From Nitrospinales bacterium (GTDB lineage: Bacteria; Nitrospinota_A; UBA7883; JACRGQ01), in NCBI GenBank assembly GCA_023248495.1, contig JAHFEK010000008.1, positions 1,920 to 65,919 on the forward strand: a stretch of DNA of 64,000 nt, read 5' to 3'. A program made the translations under genes and the position numbers. Below the pieces are notes generated by a model that worked only from the letters and a program-made list of their open reading frames with translations, did not search any database and was not told the DNA's origin. Positions 17,613 to 26,268 of this stretch are shown one piece after another. Positions within the stretch are counted from its first letter, which is position 1. Each line of letters begins with the position of its first letter.

Positions 17613-17954
17613 CAAAAACCCGGTGTCAAGAGGCTCGCGGACATCTTGCGCTTGCTGGGAGAGCCGAACCGGATGACGATCATGCACGGCCTGCGCCTGG
17701 AGTGCCGCTCTGTCGGCCAGATCGTGAAAGAAACCGCCCTCAGCCAGTCGAATGTCTCGTTCCATCTCCGCCTGTTGCGCGAGGCGGGGTTGGTCAGGCC
17801 GGAGCGCCGGGGCAAATTCATCTTTTACTGCCTTCCCGACTCCCGGCTGGCGAGGATACTTGATGCCTTTGATGGGTGGGCGCGCGCGGCGGATGGCGTG
17901 GCCAAAAAACGTGGCCGTGCCGCAAAACCTGCGGTCTCCCGAAAACCGCGATAA
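17595..17954 (+). CDS. ArsR/SmtB-family transcriptional regulator
   Basis: LADILRLLGEPNRMTIMHGL...VGQIVKETALSQSNVSFHLRLLREAGLV is a canonical winged-HTH of the family. Confidence 0.85.
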   Translation: MSINTYQKPGVKRLADILRLLGEPNRMTIMHGLRLECRSVGQIVKETALSQSNVSFHLRLLREAGLVRPERRGKFIFYCLPDSRLARILDAFDGWARAADGVAKKRGRAAKPAVSRKPR

Positions 17955-17975
17955 ACGGGTTTTGAAGAACTGTTT

Positions 17976-18782
17976 ATGGATGTGATTCCGGGGAGCGGGG
18001 CGGCGAAGACTCCCTTTATGGGGCGAAGCGGGCAATTGCCGGTTATCGCGGCCTTTTTATTGGTGGCGTGTCTGGCAACGCCGCTGTACGCTTTCGATTT
18101 CGGCCCGTGGGACGCGATCCTTAAAAAGAATACGCGGCCATCAAGCTACTCGGGCATCGGGTACACCGGTTTCGATTATGCCGCCATCCGCAATTCTCCT
18201 GAATTCGACAACCTCATCGCCGGTTTACAATCCTTCTCGCCGGGAGATCTGCACGGGCGGGATGAAACCTTGGCATTTTGGATAAACGTTTACAATATAT
18301 TCGCGGTGAAGCTGGTGCGCGATCATTTTCCCCTCGCCGGCATTAAGGATGTGGGGAGCCTATTTTCCCCGGTGTGGGAGGTGCCGGCGGGAAACGTCGG
18401 CGGCAAAATGTATTCGCTGGACGACATCGAGCACAAGATACTCCGCCCCTTGAATGAACCGGCCATCCACTTCGCCATCGTATGCGCTTCCGTTTCGTGT
18501 CCCGACCTGCGGACAGAGGCCTACGTGGCTTCAGGGTTAGGGGGCCAATTGAAATCCCAGATAAACCGGTTTCTGGAAAACGGGGAAAAGGGGATGCGGG
18601 TGGATCACGAAAGAAAGACTGTGCGCCTTTCCAGGATTTTCGGCTGGTACAAAAAGGATTTCGCCGCGTCGGGCGGCATTATCGGTTTTCTCAACGGCGA
18701 ATGGGGCGGCGGCCGGCATATCCCCCCGGGTTATGCGGTAAAGGAGATGCGTTACAACTGGGATTTGAACATCGTACGATGA
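17976..18782 (+). CDS. DUF547 domain protein, exported
   Basis: LAFWINVYNIFAVKLV and HFAIVCASVSCPDL are typical of DUF547. The N-terminus looks like a signal peptide. Confidence 0.7.
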   Translation: MDVIPGSGAAKTPFMGRSGQLPVIAAFLLVACLATPLYAFDFGPWDAILKKNTRPSSYSGIGYTGFDYAAIRNSPEFDNLIAGLQSFSPGDLHGRDETLAFWINVYNIFAVKLVRDHFPLAGIKDVGSLFSPVWEVPAGNVGGKMYSLDDIEHKILRPLNEPAIHFAIVCASVSCPDLRTEAYVASGLGGQLKSQINRFLENGEKGMRVDHERKTVRLSRIFGWYKKDFAASGGIIGFLNGEWGGGRHIPPGYAVKEMRYNWDLNIVR

Positions 18783-19513
18783 GCAAGCAGGTTCCCTCGT
18801 TCAGTTTTGTGGTTCCCGCGCTCAACGAGGAAAAGAGCCTGCCCGCCGTTATGGAGGAGATCGCCTCTGCCGCGCTTGCGGGTGGCGTGCTCGATTACGA
18901 AGTCATCGTGGTGGACGACGGCAGCGTGGATGGAACCGCCAAGGCGGTTGCGGGGCTGAATTCCCAATACGGCAATATCAAATATATGCGCAATGAAACC
19001 AGGAAAGGGGTCGGCAAAAGTTTTCTGGCGGGCGTCGCCATCGCGCAAAAAGACTACAGTCTTATCGTTCCCGGCGATAACGAGTTTGACCTGGATTTTT
19101 TTCCCGGGGCGGCCGCCTCGCTTTCCGCCGCTGGGCCGGATTTTGTCGTCACCCACGTGTTGAATCCGTGGCTGCGGCCATACCACCGGCGGGCCATCTC
19201 TTTCCTGTATCTCCATCTCTTCAACTTCCTGTTCCGCACCGATTTCAGATATACCAACGGCATAGTCATTTATCCCACCGCATGGATCCAGTCGGCGAAG
19301 CTGCTGTCGGGGGGATACACCTTTCAGAGTGAGGCGCTTTTAAAGGCCCGCCGCGAGGGGAAGCGGTTTGCCCACGCGGGCATGAATATCCGGCCCCGCG
19401 TTCACGGCAAATCCAAGATATTCTCCTTCGGCGTATTGGCCGAAGTCCTCACTTCGCTGGCGCGGATAAAACGCGCCGTCCGCCGGGCGACGCTTACCGA
19501 AGCGGATAAGTGA
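18779..19513 (+). CDS. Family 2 glycosyltransferase (dolichyl/polyprenyl-phosphate sugar transferase-like)
   Basis: MSKQVPSFSFVVPALNEEKSL...VIVVDDGSVDGT. The internal ATG at 18779 overlaps the DUF547 stop (ATGA). Confidence 0.75.
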   Translation: MSKQVPSFSFVVPALNEEKSLPAVMEEIASAALAGGVLDYEVIVVDDGSVDGTAKAVAGLNSQYGNIKYMRNETRKGVGKSFLAGVAIAQKDYSLIVPGDNEFDLDFFPGAAASLSAAGPDFVVTHVLNPWLRPYHRRAISFLYLHLFNFLFRTDFRYTNGIVIYPTAWIQSAKLLSGGYTFQSEALLKARREGKRFAHAGMNIRPRVHGKSKIFSFGVLAEVLTSLARIKRAVRRATLTEADK

Positions 19514-19542
19514 CGCCGCCGGCGCGCGGGAAGAAAGACCGT

Positions 19543-20358
19543 TTACCAGAATCGTTCGAGGTGTACTTGGCCGGGCTCTTTTTTCTTATGTTCCCTAAAA
19601 CCTTCGGCTAAGAGGAGTTGCGACATTTCTTCCGCCATTGCCGGTGCGCCGCAAATGAAAACGTGCGTATCGTCCGGTTTCGGCTGAACCCCCCAGATCG
19701 ATTCAAGCGTCTTCTTCCGCCACAAATCCTGCACATACCCGGCATGGCCGGTCCAACCCTCCTTTTCATCTTCGTGGCGGCTGATTATCGGAAGGTAGGC
19801 GAAGTTCTTAAAATAATACGCCAGCGTGGAAAGCTCGGCGCGGTACCCCAGATCCCATGAGTGGCGCGCCCCATGGAAAACGGCAAAGCGCCGGTTGGGC
19901 CTTTCTTTGTATTCCGTGCGAATCATGCTCATGTAAGGCGCGATGCCGGTGCCGGTGGCGACCATGACGATATTCGATTGTTCGGGAACCTGCTCCAAGG
20001 TGAACATCCCCTTGAATTTTTCCCCCAGGAAAATCCCGTCCCCTTCTTTCAGGGCGAAAATTCTGGGGGTTAGCGATCCGGAGCGGATAAGGGTTATGTA
20101 CAGTTCGACATACTCCTTTTCTTTTGAGGACGAGGCGATGGAATAGGCGCGCTTGATGAGCTTGTCGGGGGCGGGCGCCTCCGGTTCGGGATCCGACAGC
20201 TCGGTGCGTCTGGCCGATCCGGGGAGGGCGAGAACGGCGTACTGCCCCGGATCAAAGTCCGGCAGCACCCACCCATTGGGGCGGACGGTTAAGATGATCA
20301 ATCCGGGCGCGACTTCAACCCGTCTCAGAATAACGGCGTTCAACTGATTTTCTTCCAT
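19543..20358 (-). CDS. Ferredoxin-NADP(+) reductase
   Basis: RAYSIASS FAD-binding motif, MVATGTGIAPYMSMIR NADP-binding motif, C-terminal ...HLERFW. Confidence 0.85.
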   Translation of the reverse strand: MEENQLNAVILRRVEVAPGLIILTVRPNGWVLPDFDPGQYAVLALPGSARRTELSDPEPEAPAPDKLIKRAYSIASSSKEKEYVELYITLIRSGSLTPRIFALKEGDGIFLGEKFKGMFTLEQVPEQSNIVMVATGTGIAPYMSMIRTEYKERPNRRFAVFHGARHSWDLGYRAELSTLAYYFKNFAYLPIISRHEDEKEGWTGHAGYVQDLWRKKTLESIWGVQPKPDDTHVFICGAPAMAEEMSQLLLAEGFREHKKKEPGQVHLERFW

Positions 20359-20623
20359 AGTGTTTTTCTCCGTTAGTTGTGTGCCACCATTATATTGGAA
20401 AACCGTTTTATGGCTGATCTATTTGGGCGGAAGGGCAATTTAGCTGTTTTGGATTCTCGCTAGGTTCCCAAGTACAAAGAGGAAGAATGGCTGGATCTTG
20501 AAGACGATTATTAAAATCAAGCTAATCGTACTCAAACCACAAATGGTGGCGAACCGTCAAAAAAGCTGATTTTTCAATCAGAGACCTCCAGAAAAATAAT
20601 TTCAATATGTGGAAATATTTTGC

Positions 20624-20653
20624 TTGCATAAATATTTAGAAATGCTTTATAAT
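20624..20653 (+). promoter_or_regulatory. Sigma70-like promoter (TTGCAT-18 nt-TATAAT)
   Basis: Read directly in the AT-rich spacer ~35 nt upstream of the RHH gene. Confidence 0.35.
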
Positions 20654-20686
20654 TCATCTAAAGTAAATGAAGCTATTTAAAACTAT

Positions 20687-20887
20687 GTGGGAAAAAGGCA
20701 AAACGGAATGATTACATCCTCCAAGAAAAAGGTGCCGGTCACCACTCACCTCTTTGAGGATCAAGTGCAGATGCTGAACAAGATCGCGAAAGAGTTGCAG
20801 GTTACCAAGGCGGTGCTTTTCAGGGCCGCGGTTGAACAGTTGCTGAAGAAGTACGAAGACAAACAGCTTGATATCGGCATTAAGTGA
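20687..20887 (+). CDS. Ribbon-helix-helix (CopG-like) DNA-binding protein
   Basis: 66 aa. VPVTTHLFEDQVQMLNKIAKELQVTKAVLFRAAVEQLL fits a beta-alpha-alpha RHH pattern. The start is either GTG 20687 or ATG 20707. Confidence 0.5.
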   Translation: MGKRQNGMITSSKKKVPVTTHLFEDQVQMLNKIAKELQVTKAVLFRAAVEQLLKKYEDKQLDIGIK

Positions 20888-20957
20888 GGAATGCGTGGGT
20901 TCATCTCAATTAATGCTGTTTAATCAATAAATCACCAAGAAAGGAGGATTGTATATA

Positions 20958-21020
20958 ATGGCAGCCAAGAAAAAAGCGGCTAAGAAAAAGACCGCCCCGA
21001 AGAAAGCTAAAAAAAAGTAA
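20958..21020 (+). CDS. Candidate 20-aa Lys-rich sORF (MAAKKKAAKKKTAPKKAKKK)
   Basis: An AAGGAGG SD lies 10 nt upstream of the ATG. 11 of 20 codons are Lys. A strong intrinsic terminator follows 80 nt downstream. Confidence 0.3.
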   Translation: MAAKKKAAKKKTAPKKAKKK

Positions 21021-21101
21021 CTTATAAAATAGTCCGCACCGCGGCGAAAGCCGTTGACACAGGCGGACAGCTTTCGGACGGCTCTCAAATATCGAAGTCG
21101 A

Positions 21102-21139
21102 GGCCGGGAATATGCACTATATTCCCGGCCAATTTTTTT
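21102..21139 (+). terminator. Rho-independent terminator
   Basis: 12-bp perfect stem GGCCGGGAATAT / ATATTCCCGGCC, 5-nt loop, then AATTTTTTT. Confidence 0.7.
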
Positions 21140-21158
21140 ATGACGGAACCGGATTGGT

Positions 21159-22298
21159 TTGATGAAAAAAAAGAACGCGCGCGAATTTGATGCCGCATCC
21201 GGCGGCGTGCTGCCGGTGCAGATGTTGCGCGGTCTTTGCGCGCAAAAGCGCATCGCCGCCGATACGCCGATGCGCAAAGAGCAGTTCCAGCCCTCCAGTA
21301 TCGATTTAAGGCTGGGGACGAAGGCCTACCGCATCCGCAGCTCGTTTCTTCCACAACGCGGCACGGTGGAATCCACGCTTAAAGAACTCGTTATGTACGA
21401 GCTTGATCTGCGCGGTGGCGCCATACTTGAGCGCGAGAACGTCTATCTCATCCCGCTTCTCGAGCGGCTGGCCCTGCCGCGCGGCGTCCGGGGCCGCACC
21501 AATCCGAAATCCTCCACCGGACGGCTGGACATTTTCACCCGCGTGATATCGGACCATACGCCCCGCTTTGAAGACATCCGCGAAGGATACGAAGGGGGGC
21601 TGTACCTTGAAGTGGTGCCGCGCTCCTTTACCATCAAGGTGCGCACCGGTCTTTCCCTCAACCAGCTGCGGCTGTTCAGCGGGCCGCCGGGGGATTCGGT
21701 GGTCGAGGATAGCCAACTCATGAACATCCACAACCACAAGCCGCTGGTCTACAACGCGGCCGGTAAAATACCGGAACCGGAGATACGCGGCGGCCTCACC
21801 CTCGGCGTCGAGACGCACACCGATGCGCCCCACCGCGTCATCGGGTACAAGGCGAAGAAGAACAGCGCCGTGATCGACACGTCCCGCGTGGGAAAGTACC
21901 GCATTCACGATTTTTGGGAAACGATAGAATCGCCGCGCGAAAAATTCCTGATTCTCGAGCCGGAGGAGTTTTATATCTTCGCCTCGAAGGAGCGGGTGCG
22001 CGTGCCGATGGATTGCGCCGCCGAGATGGTGGAGTTCGACGCCGGCAGCGGCGAGTTGCGGACGCATTATGCCGGTTTTTTCGATTCGGGTTTCGGCGAT
22101 GGCGGCGTGCGCGGCACCAAGGCGGTGTTGGAGGTGCGGCCGCACGATGTGCCATTCCGCATCGAGGACGGACAGCTTTTTTTCAAGCTCCGTTACGAAA
22201 AAATGGCGGCCGTGCCGCTGTTCGGATACGGCAGCGGCATCGGATCCAACTATCACAATCAGGGGCTTAAGCTCAGCAAACATTTTGTGATGGATTGA
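21159..22298 (+). CDS. 2'-deoxycytidine 5'-triphosphate deaminase (long DCD-family form)
   Basis: 379 aa. SSIDLRLG...NPKSSTGRLDIFTRVI...GLSLNQLRLF motifs match those I recognise from the long dCTP deaminase family. Confidence 0.7.
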   Translation: MMKKKNAREFDAASGGVLPVQMLRGLCAQKRIAADTPMRKEQFQPSSIDLRLGTKAYRIRSSFLPQRGTVESTLKELVMYELDLRGGAILERENVYLIPLLERLALPRGVRGRTNPKSSTGRLDIFTRVISDHTPRFEDIREGYEGGLYLEVVPRSFTIKVRTGLSLNQLRLFSGPPGDSVVEDSQLMNIHNHKPLVYNAAGKIPEPEIRGGLTLGVETHTDAPHRVIGYKAKKNSAVIDTSRVGKYRIHDFWETIESPREKFLILEPEEFYIFASKERVRVPMDCAAEMVEFDAGSGELRTHYAGFFDSGFGDGGVRGTKAVLEVRPHDVPFRIEDGQLFFKLRYEKMAAVPLFGYGSGIGSNYHNQGLKLSKHFVMD

Positions 22299-22302
22299 TC
22301 CG

Positions 22303-22815
22303 ATGGCGAGCGAACCGGTCGATCTCCCTTTAGCGCCACCCCCGGCTCCGGACGCAAAAATCCGCGTGTGGAAAAAAAACATCCGCGGCGGGGTGCGCTA
22401 CGATGTGGGCTTGTCCCCCTATGTTCCGGGAATGTTCTACGCCGCGGCGGCGCTTTGCGCTGGCGCGGGCATATTCGGCTGGAATGTCATGCCGCGTGAA
22501 CAGGCGGTAATATTCGGTTTCCTCTTCGGACTTAACGCGTTCATCACCTTGCTGGCGGGCGCGGCCATCCATAAGCTAAAGCGTCCCATAGAGCTCGGCA
22601 CCGGCGGCTTCACCCTCGCCGGTAAAACGGCGCCGCTCGCCCGTATCGATGCGATTACCGTTCAGCGCGGGTTGTTCAGCCGCCTGCGGGTCGCCACCGC
22701 AACCGATTTCGCCGAAATGATGATGGACCGCGGACAAGCTGAATGGCTGAAGGCGGATATCGAATACGAAATCCACGCGCGCCGCGGTCAAACCCCAAAG
22801 AAGGGCGCGGAATAA
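22303..22815 (+). CDS. Hypothetical membrane protein (2 TM)
   Basis: 170-aa ORF starting 5 nt after the dcd stop. Two hydrophobic helices. Confidence 0.45.
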   Translation: MASEPVDLPLAPPPAPDAKIRVWKKNIRGGVRYDVGLSPYVPGMFYAAAALCAGAGIFGWNVMPREQAVIFGFLFGLNAFITLLAGAAIHKLKRPIELGTGGFTLAGKTAPLARIDAITVQRGLFSRLRVATATDFAEMMMDRGQAEWLKADIEYEIHARRGQTPKKGAE

Positions 22816-22984
22816 TCCGCCGCTTCCCCTTGGTTATGCTGGGGTGTTGAGTGGCGAAGAATCCCTTTCAGGAAAAAGAAGGGAAAGGGATACTTCGCTG
22901 CGCTCAAGATGACAAAACCTTCGCCACCATGAGATGCCGCGCCGCCAATCTGTGATATAAACGGCGTAACGGAGATAACGGACG

Positions 22985-23170
22985 ATGGAACTTTTTATGA
23001 CGGCGCTCGGGCTTGTGCTTATCATCGAGGGACTTCCCTATTTTATAAGCCCGCAGGTGATGCAACGCTACGCGTTTCTCATGGCCTCGATGGATGGCCG
23101 TGTGCTCCGATTCGGCGGTTTGACCTTGATGCTCACCGGTCTCGGCATCCTCTATGCTTTTGTGGGTTGA
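22985..23170 (+). CDS. DUF2065-family small membrane protein
   Basis: 61 aa. ALGLVLIIEGLPYFISP...LRFGGLTLMLTGLGIL is typical of the YjeT/DUF2065 family. Confidence 0.6.
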   Translation: MELFMTALGLVLIIEGLPYFISPQVMQRYAFLMASMDGRVLRFGGLTLMLTGLGILYAFVG

Positions 23171-23954
23171 GGCGGCGCTCTTTCTGCCGCTGGCGGAAAC
23201 GCTGATTACGTACGCCGTCGCCGCCGCCGTCTCGCGGGTTCCACCGCCGCCGGTCAACGCGGGTGTGCGCATCTGCTGGCTTTTACGCGAATGGATTTAT
23301 GAGCTTATATTCATCGCTATCGCATTCTTTGTGTGGCCTTTCGACACCGCATTGAGAAAAAACCGGCGGGATGCGGAACGCCCGCTGATTGTGATCGTTC
23401 ACGGTCTTTTTTGCAGCCCATCCCACTGGCTGCCGTTGGCGCTCCGTTTGCGCCGCGCGGGAATTGCCAACGTCATCCGTCCCAAGTATCAGGGGGCGGG
23501 CGGGCTGGAGGAGTGGAGCGCACGGTTGGCCGGGGGCTTGAGGGATCACAAAGGGGGGATCATTTTTATCGGCCACAGTTTTGGCGGGTTGGCGGCGGCG
23601 CATGCCGCGTCGCGGTTGCCGCGCGGCAGCGTTCGGAAGATCATTACGCTCGGCGCGCCATTTGGCGGCACGGTCATGTCATATTTCGGCATAGCGCCCG
23701 CCGGGCGGCGGCTCATTCCCGGTACCGAATATTTACGTACGACGAATGAAGTCATCGCCGCTTTGGAAATTCCGTTCATTTGCTTCTGGTCGCGGTTCGA
23801 TCAGTTGGTGGTTCCGGCGGAGAGCGCGCGGATGCGGGGCGCGGAAAATATTGAGATGGAGGGGCTGGGGCACACCGGGTACCTTTTCTCCCGCGCGGTG
23901 GCGGATCGGCTAATCGCGCTGCTCAAAACGGAAAGCGCGGCAGCCGCAGGTTGA
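23154..23954 (+). CDS. Alpha/beta hydrolase (lipase/esterase-like)
   Basis: GHSFGG nucleophile elbow, LIVIVHGLF oxyanion region, distal GHTGY. Confidence 0.65.
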   Translation: MLLWVEAALFLPLAETLITYAVAAAVSRVPPPPVNAGVRICWLLREWIYELIFIAIAFFVWPFDTALRKNRRDAERPLIVIVHGLFCSPSHWLPLALRLRRAGIANVIRPKYQGAGGLEEWSARLAGGLRDHKGGIIFIGHSFGGLAAAHAASRLPRGSVRKIITLGAPFGGTVMSYFGIAPAGRRLIPGTEYLRTTNEVIAALEIPFICFWSRFDQLVVPAESARMRGAENIEMEGLGHTGYLFSRAVADRLIALLKTESAAAAG

Positions 23955-23974
23955 AACCTGCGGTACCAAAAAAA

Positions 23975-25111
23975 TCAGGGGATGGAGATCTTGCCGAGGA
24001 TGGCGGTGCGTTTCGCGCCGGTCACCTTGGGGAGGTTACCGTGCATTCCGTTGAGTGTGCGGTAGGCCAGCGCCGCCATCAACACCGCTTCGATGTCCTT
24101 TTCACCGTAACCCAACTCCGCGCTCATTGTCACAAAACCGCGCCCCGCGAGGCGCGCGCGGATTTCGTCCAGCAGAGCGTGATTGAACGCGCCTCCGCCA
24201 CAGACGATCCAGCGTACCGCCCGTTTTGGTTTGCAGAACGCAAAAACCTGATTTACCGCCGACGAGGCGGCGACCGCGGCCAGCGTCCGGAGGAAGTCGG
24301 CTTCTTTTACCGCGCCGAATATATTGAGAAGCCCGTTGAAGTATGCGGGGCCAAAGATTTCGCGGCCGGTACTCTTGGGGGGCTTTCGCTTAAAGAAGGG
24401 ATGCGCCATGCAATGCACGTACATCTTCTTGTCCACCGCCCCTTTCAGCGCGATGTCCCCGTTTTTGTCATACGATCTTTTTCCTTTTGAAAAATGCGTG
24501 GCCGCCATATCAAGGAGCATGTTCGCCGGACCGGTATCGAATCCGGTCACCCCCTCGATGCCCACGCCCGCTCGCAGCCAAGTGATGTTGGATATCCCGC
24601 CCATGTTGTGCACCACGCGTTCTTCATTTTTGTCGGAGAAGAGGACGTAGTGCGCCAGAGGGGCCAGCGGCGCGCCGCAGCCACCCGCCGCGATATCGGC
24701 GGGGCGGAAATCGGAAACAACCCAACAGCCGGTGATGGCGGCGATCTCAGCCGCTTCCCCTATCTGGAGGGTGGATGAGATGCCATTTTTGCCGTTCGGC
24801 TGGTGGCGGATAGTTTGGCCGTGCGAGCCGATGAACTCGACCTGTGTAAGCGGGATTTTCGCTTTCTTGCAAAGGGCCGCCGCCGCCTTGCCGAAAAGTT
24901 TTCCGATCTCAACATTAAGGCGGCAGATAAGCTCTGCCGAACCGTCCGTGCGGCTGGCGAGGAATACCTCTTCGCGCAGTTTTGCGGGGTAGGGGTGGAA
25001 GTGTGTTGTAACGACTCGCACCTTGCCATCGGCGAAATCGACCAAGGCGCCGTCGATGCCATCCCCCGACGTGCCGCTCATTAATCCTATGCCGAAGCGT
25101 GAAATCGTCAT
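23975..25111 (-). CDS. anmK: Anhydro-N-acetylmuramic acid kinase
   Basis: GLMSGTSGDGIDGALVDF N-terminal motif and ~380 aa length. Start set at ATG 25111. Confidence 0.85.
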   Translation of the reverse strand: MTISRFGIGLMSGTSGDGIDGALVDFADGKVRVVTTHFHPYPAKLREEVFLASRTDGSAELICRLNVEIGKLFGKAAAALCKKAKIPLTQVEFIGSHGQTIRHQPNGKNGISSTLQIGEAAEIAAITGCWVVSDFRPADIAAGGCGAPLAPLAHYVLFSDKNEERVVHNMGGISNITWLRAGVGIEGVTGFDTGPANMLLDMAATHFSKGKRSYDKNGDIALKGAVDKKMYVHCMAHPFFKRKPPKSTGREIFGPAYFNGLLNIFGAVKEADFLRTLAAVAASSAVNQVFAFCKPKRAVRWIVCGGGAFNHALLDEIRARLAGRGFVTMSAELGYGEKDIEAVLMAALAYRTLNGMHGNLPKVTGAKRTAILGKISIP

Positions 25112-25438
25112 GCCTTTAAAGTACCACGGCATTCCTTTTGGTAAAATATCCTAAAATTGCACAGCTTGCCTTCTGAAGGGAATTGCATCGGCGAGTTCAC
25201 CGCTGAAACATCTTCGGGTTTTTTCCGATTGGGCAAAAATGGAAACCAATTATCAACATTTTTCACAATGGGCGAAAAACGCGCGAAAAGCCAGCTTGAT
25301 TGTTTATACTTGATCGCATAACATGTTATATAAGAAAATGTATTACATCTGGGAATTGGCGAGGTTGTCAATGGGCGGGGCATTCCCCATTGACTTGGTT
25401 ATAAAATGACATTTCGAGGGAAAGGGGAGTTGAGAAAT

Positions 25439-25966
25439 ATGGGAATTTTCAAGAAAAGTCTTCTGCCTGTTATTGTGCTTTGTCTCGCGCTTGTCATGCC
25501 GGCCTTGGCTTTTGCCGATGCGGGCATCGAATTAAGGGTTCCGTACCAGGGGCTGACGAACGCAAGCAGCTTGGCCGGCGGGGCAAGCGGCTCCGGTGTG
25601 TTATTGTTCTTCGGCTTGGACGCCGGCACTACTGTTGGGCTTCTCACGGAGCAGGTTAATTTTACCGATAACAGTGTGATTGGCACCTATATGGTGAATG
25701 CCATCCGCTTCAGCAAGGATGTGATATCCGACCGGTTCTTTTTCGCGTTGGATATTGGCTCGGGCCAAAACGCCGTTAAACAGGGCACTTTAGCCGATGT
25801 GGCATTTGGTTGGAAATATTTGGGAAAAAAAGACCAGATCACTTCATTCATCAATGTTGAGCTGGTATACCGTCTTTTCAGTCCGGGAGCTTCGATGGTC
25901 GCCAAAGGAATCACCACCGATTATGGCGGTGTATTTTTGAACCTCGGCGCCGGATTGTCATTCTAA
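25439..25966 (+). CDS. Small outer-membrane beta-barrel protein
   Basis: AAAGGGGAG SD. Signal peptide ending ALAFA. C-terminus ...FLNLGAGLSF with a terminal Phe. Confidence 0.5.
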   Translation: MGIFKKSLLPVIVLCLALVMPALAFADAGIELRVPYQGLTNASSLAGGASGSGVLLFFGLDAGTTVGLLTEQVNFTDNSVIGTYMVNAIRFSKDVISDRFFFALDIGSGQNAVKQGTLADVAFGWKYLGKKDQITSFINVELVYRLFSPGASMVAKGITTDYGGVFLNLGAGLSF

Positions 25967-26046
25967 ACACGCCGAACCATCGAGGACTGTTCATAAACAT
26001 GGTTAACCTTTAAGCGAAAATTCGAGTTGGCCAGGGGGGCATACCG

Positions 26047-26058
26047 CCCCCCCCCCCC
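26047..26058. repeat. Homopolymeric C12 tract (preceded by G6 at 26034..26039)
   Basis: Counted directly. It lies 211 nt upstream of the FN3/Kelch lipoprotein ATG. Confidence 0.9.
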
Positions 26059-26268
26059 TAGCCACAATCAATACGCCTCCCGCAAACACTTGATCGTATC
26101 CATAGGAACGATCCAATTGCCCAGCTTTGAACGAGCGCGAAAAGTCAAAGCGGCACCGTGGCGCCCCTTATTCTGCCGGCAACAAACATTCATCCTTATG
26201 GGCATAACGTTATATTAATTTTCATGCGCAAATCCCCATGCCGGGTGTAGAATAGAATTGAGAAGGGT

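Noticed and set aside
18482-18778. Long N-terminal extension of the GT2 ORF (ORF-track start 18482)
   Set aside because: It overlaps the 3' end of the DUF547 gene in another frame and gives an Arg/Gly-rich translation. The internal ATG 18779 yields a canonical GT2 N-terminus and an ATGA coupling.
21306-22382. 358-aa minus-strand ORF covering the entire dcd gene
   Set aside because: The translation is Arg/Ala/Gly-rich and low-complexity, typical of an antisense shadow ORF in GC-rich DNA. The plus-strand product has clear dCTP-deaminase-family motifs.
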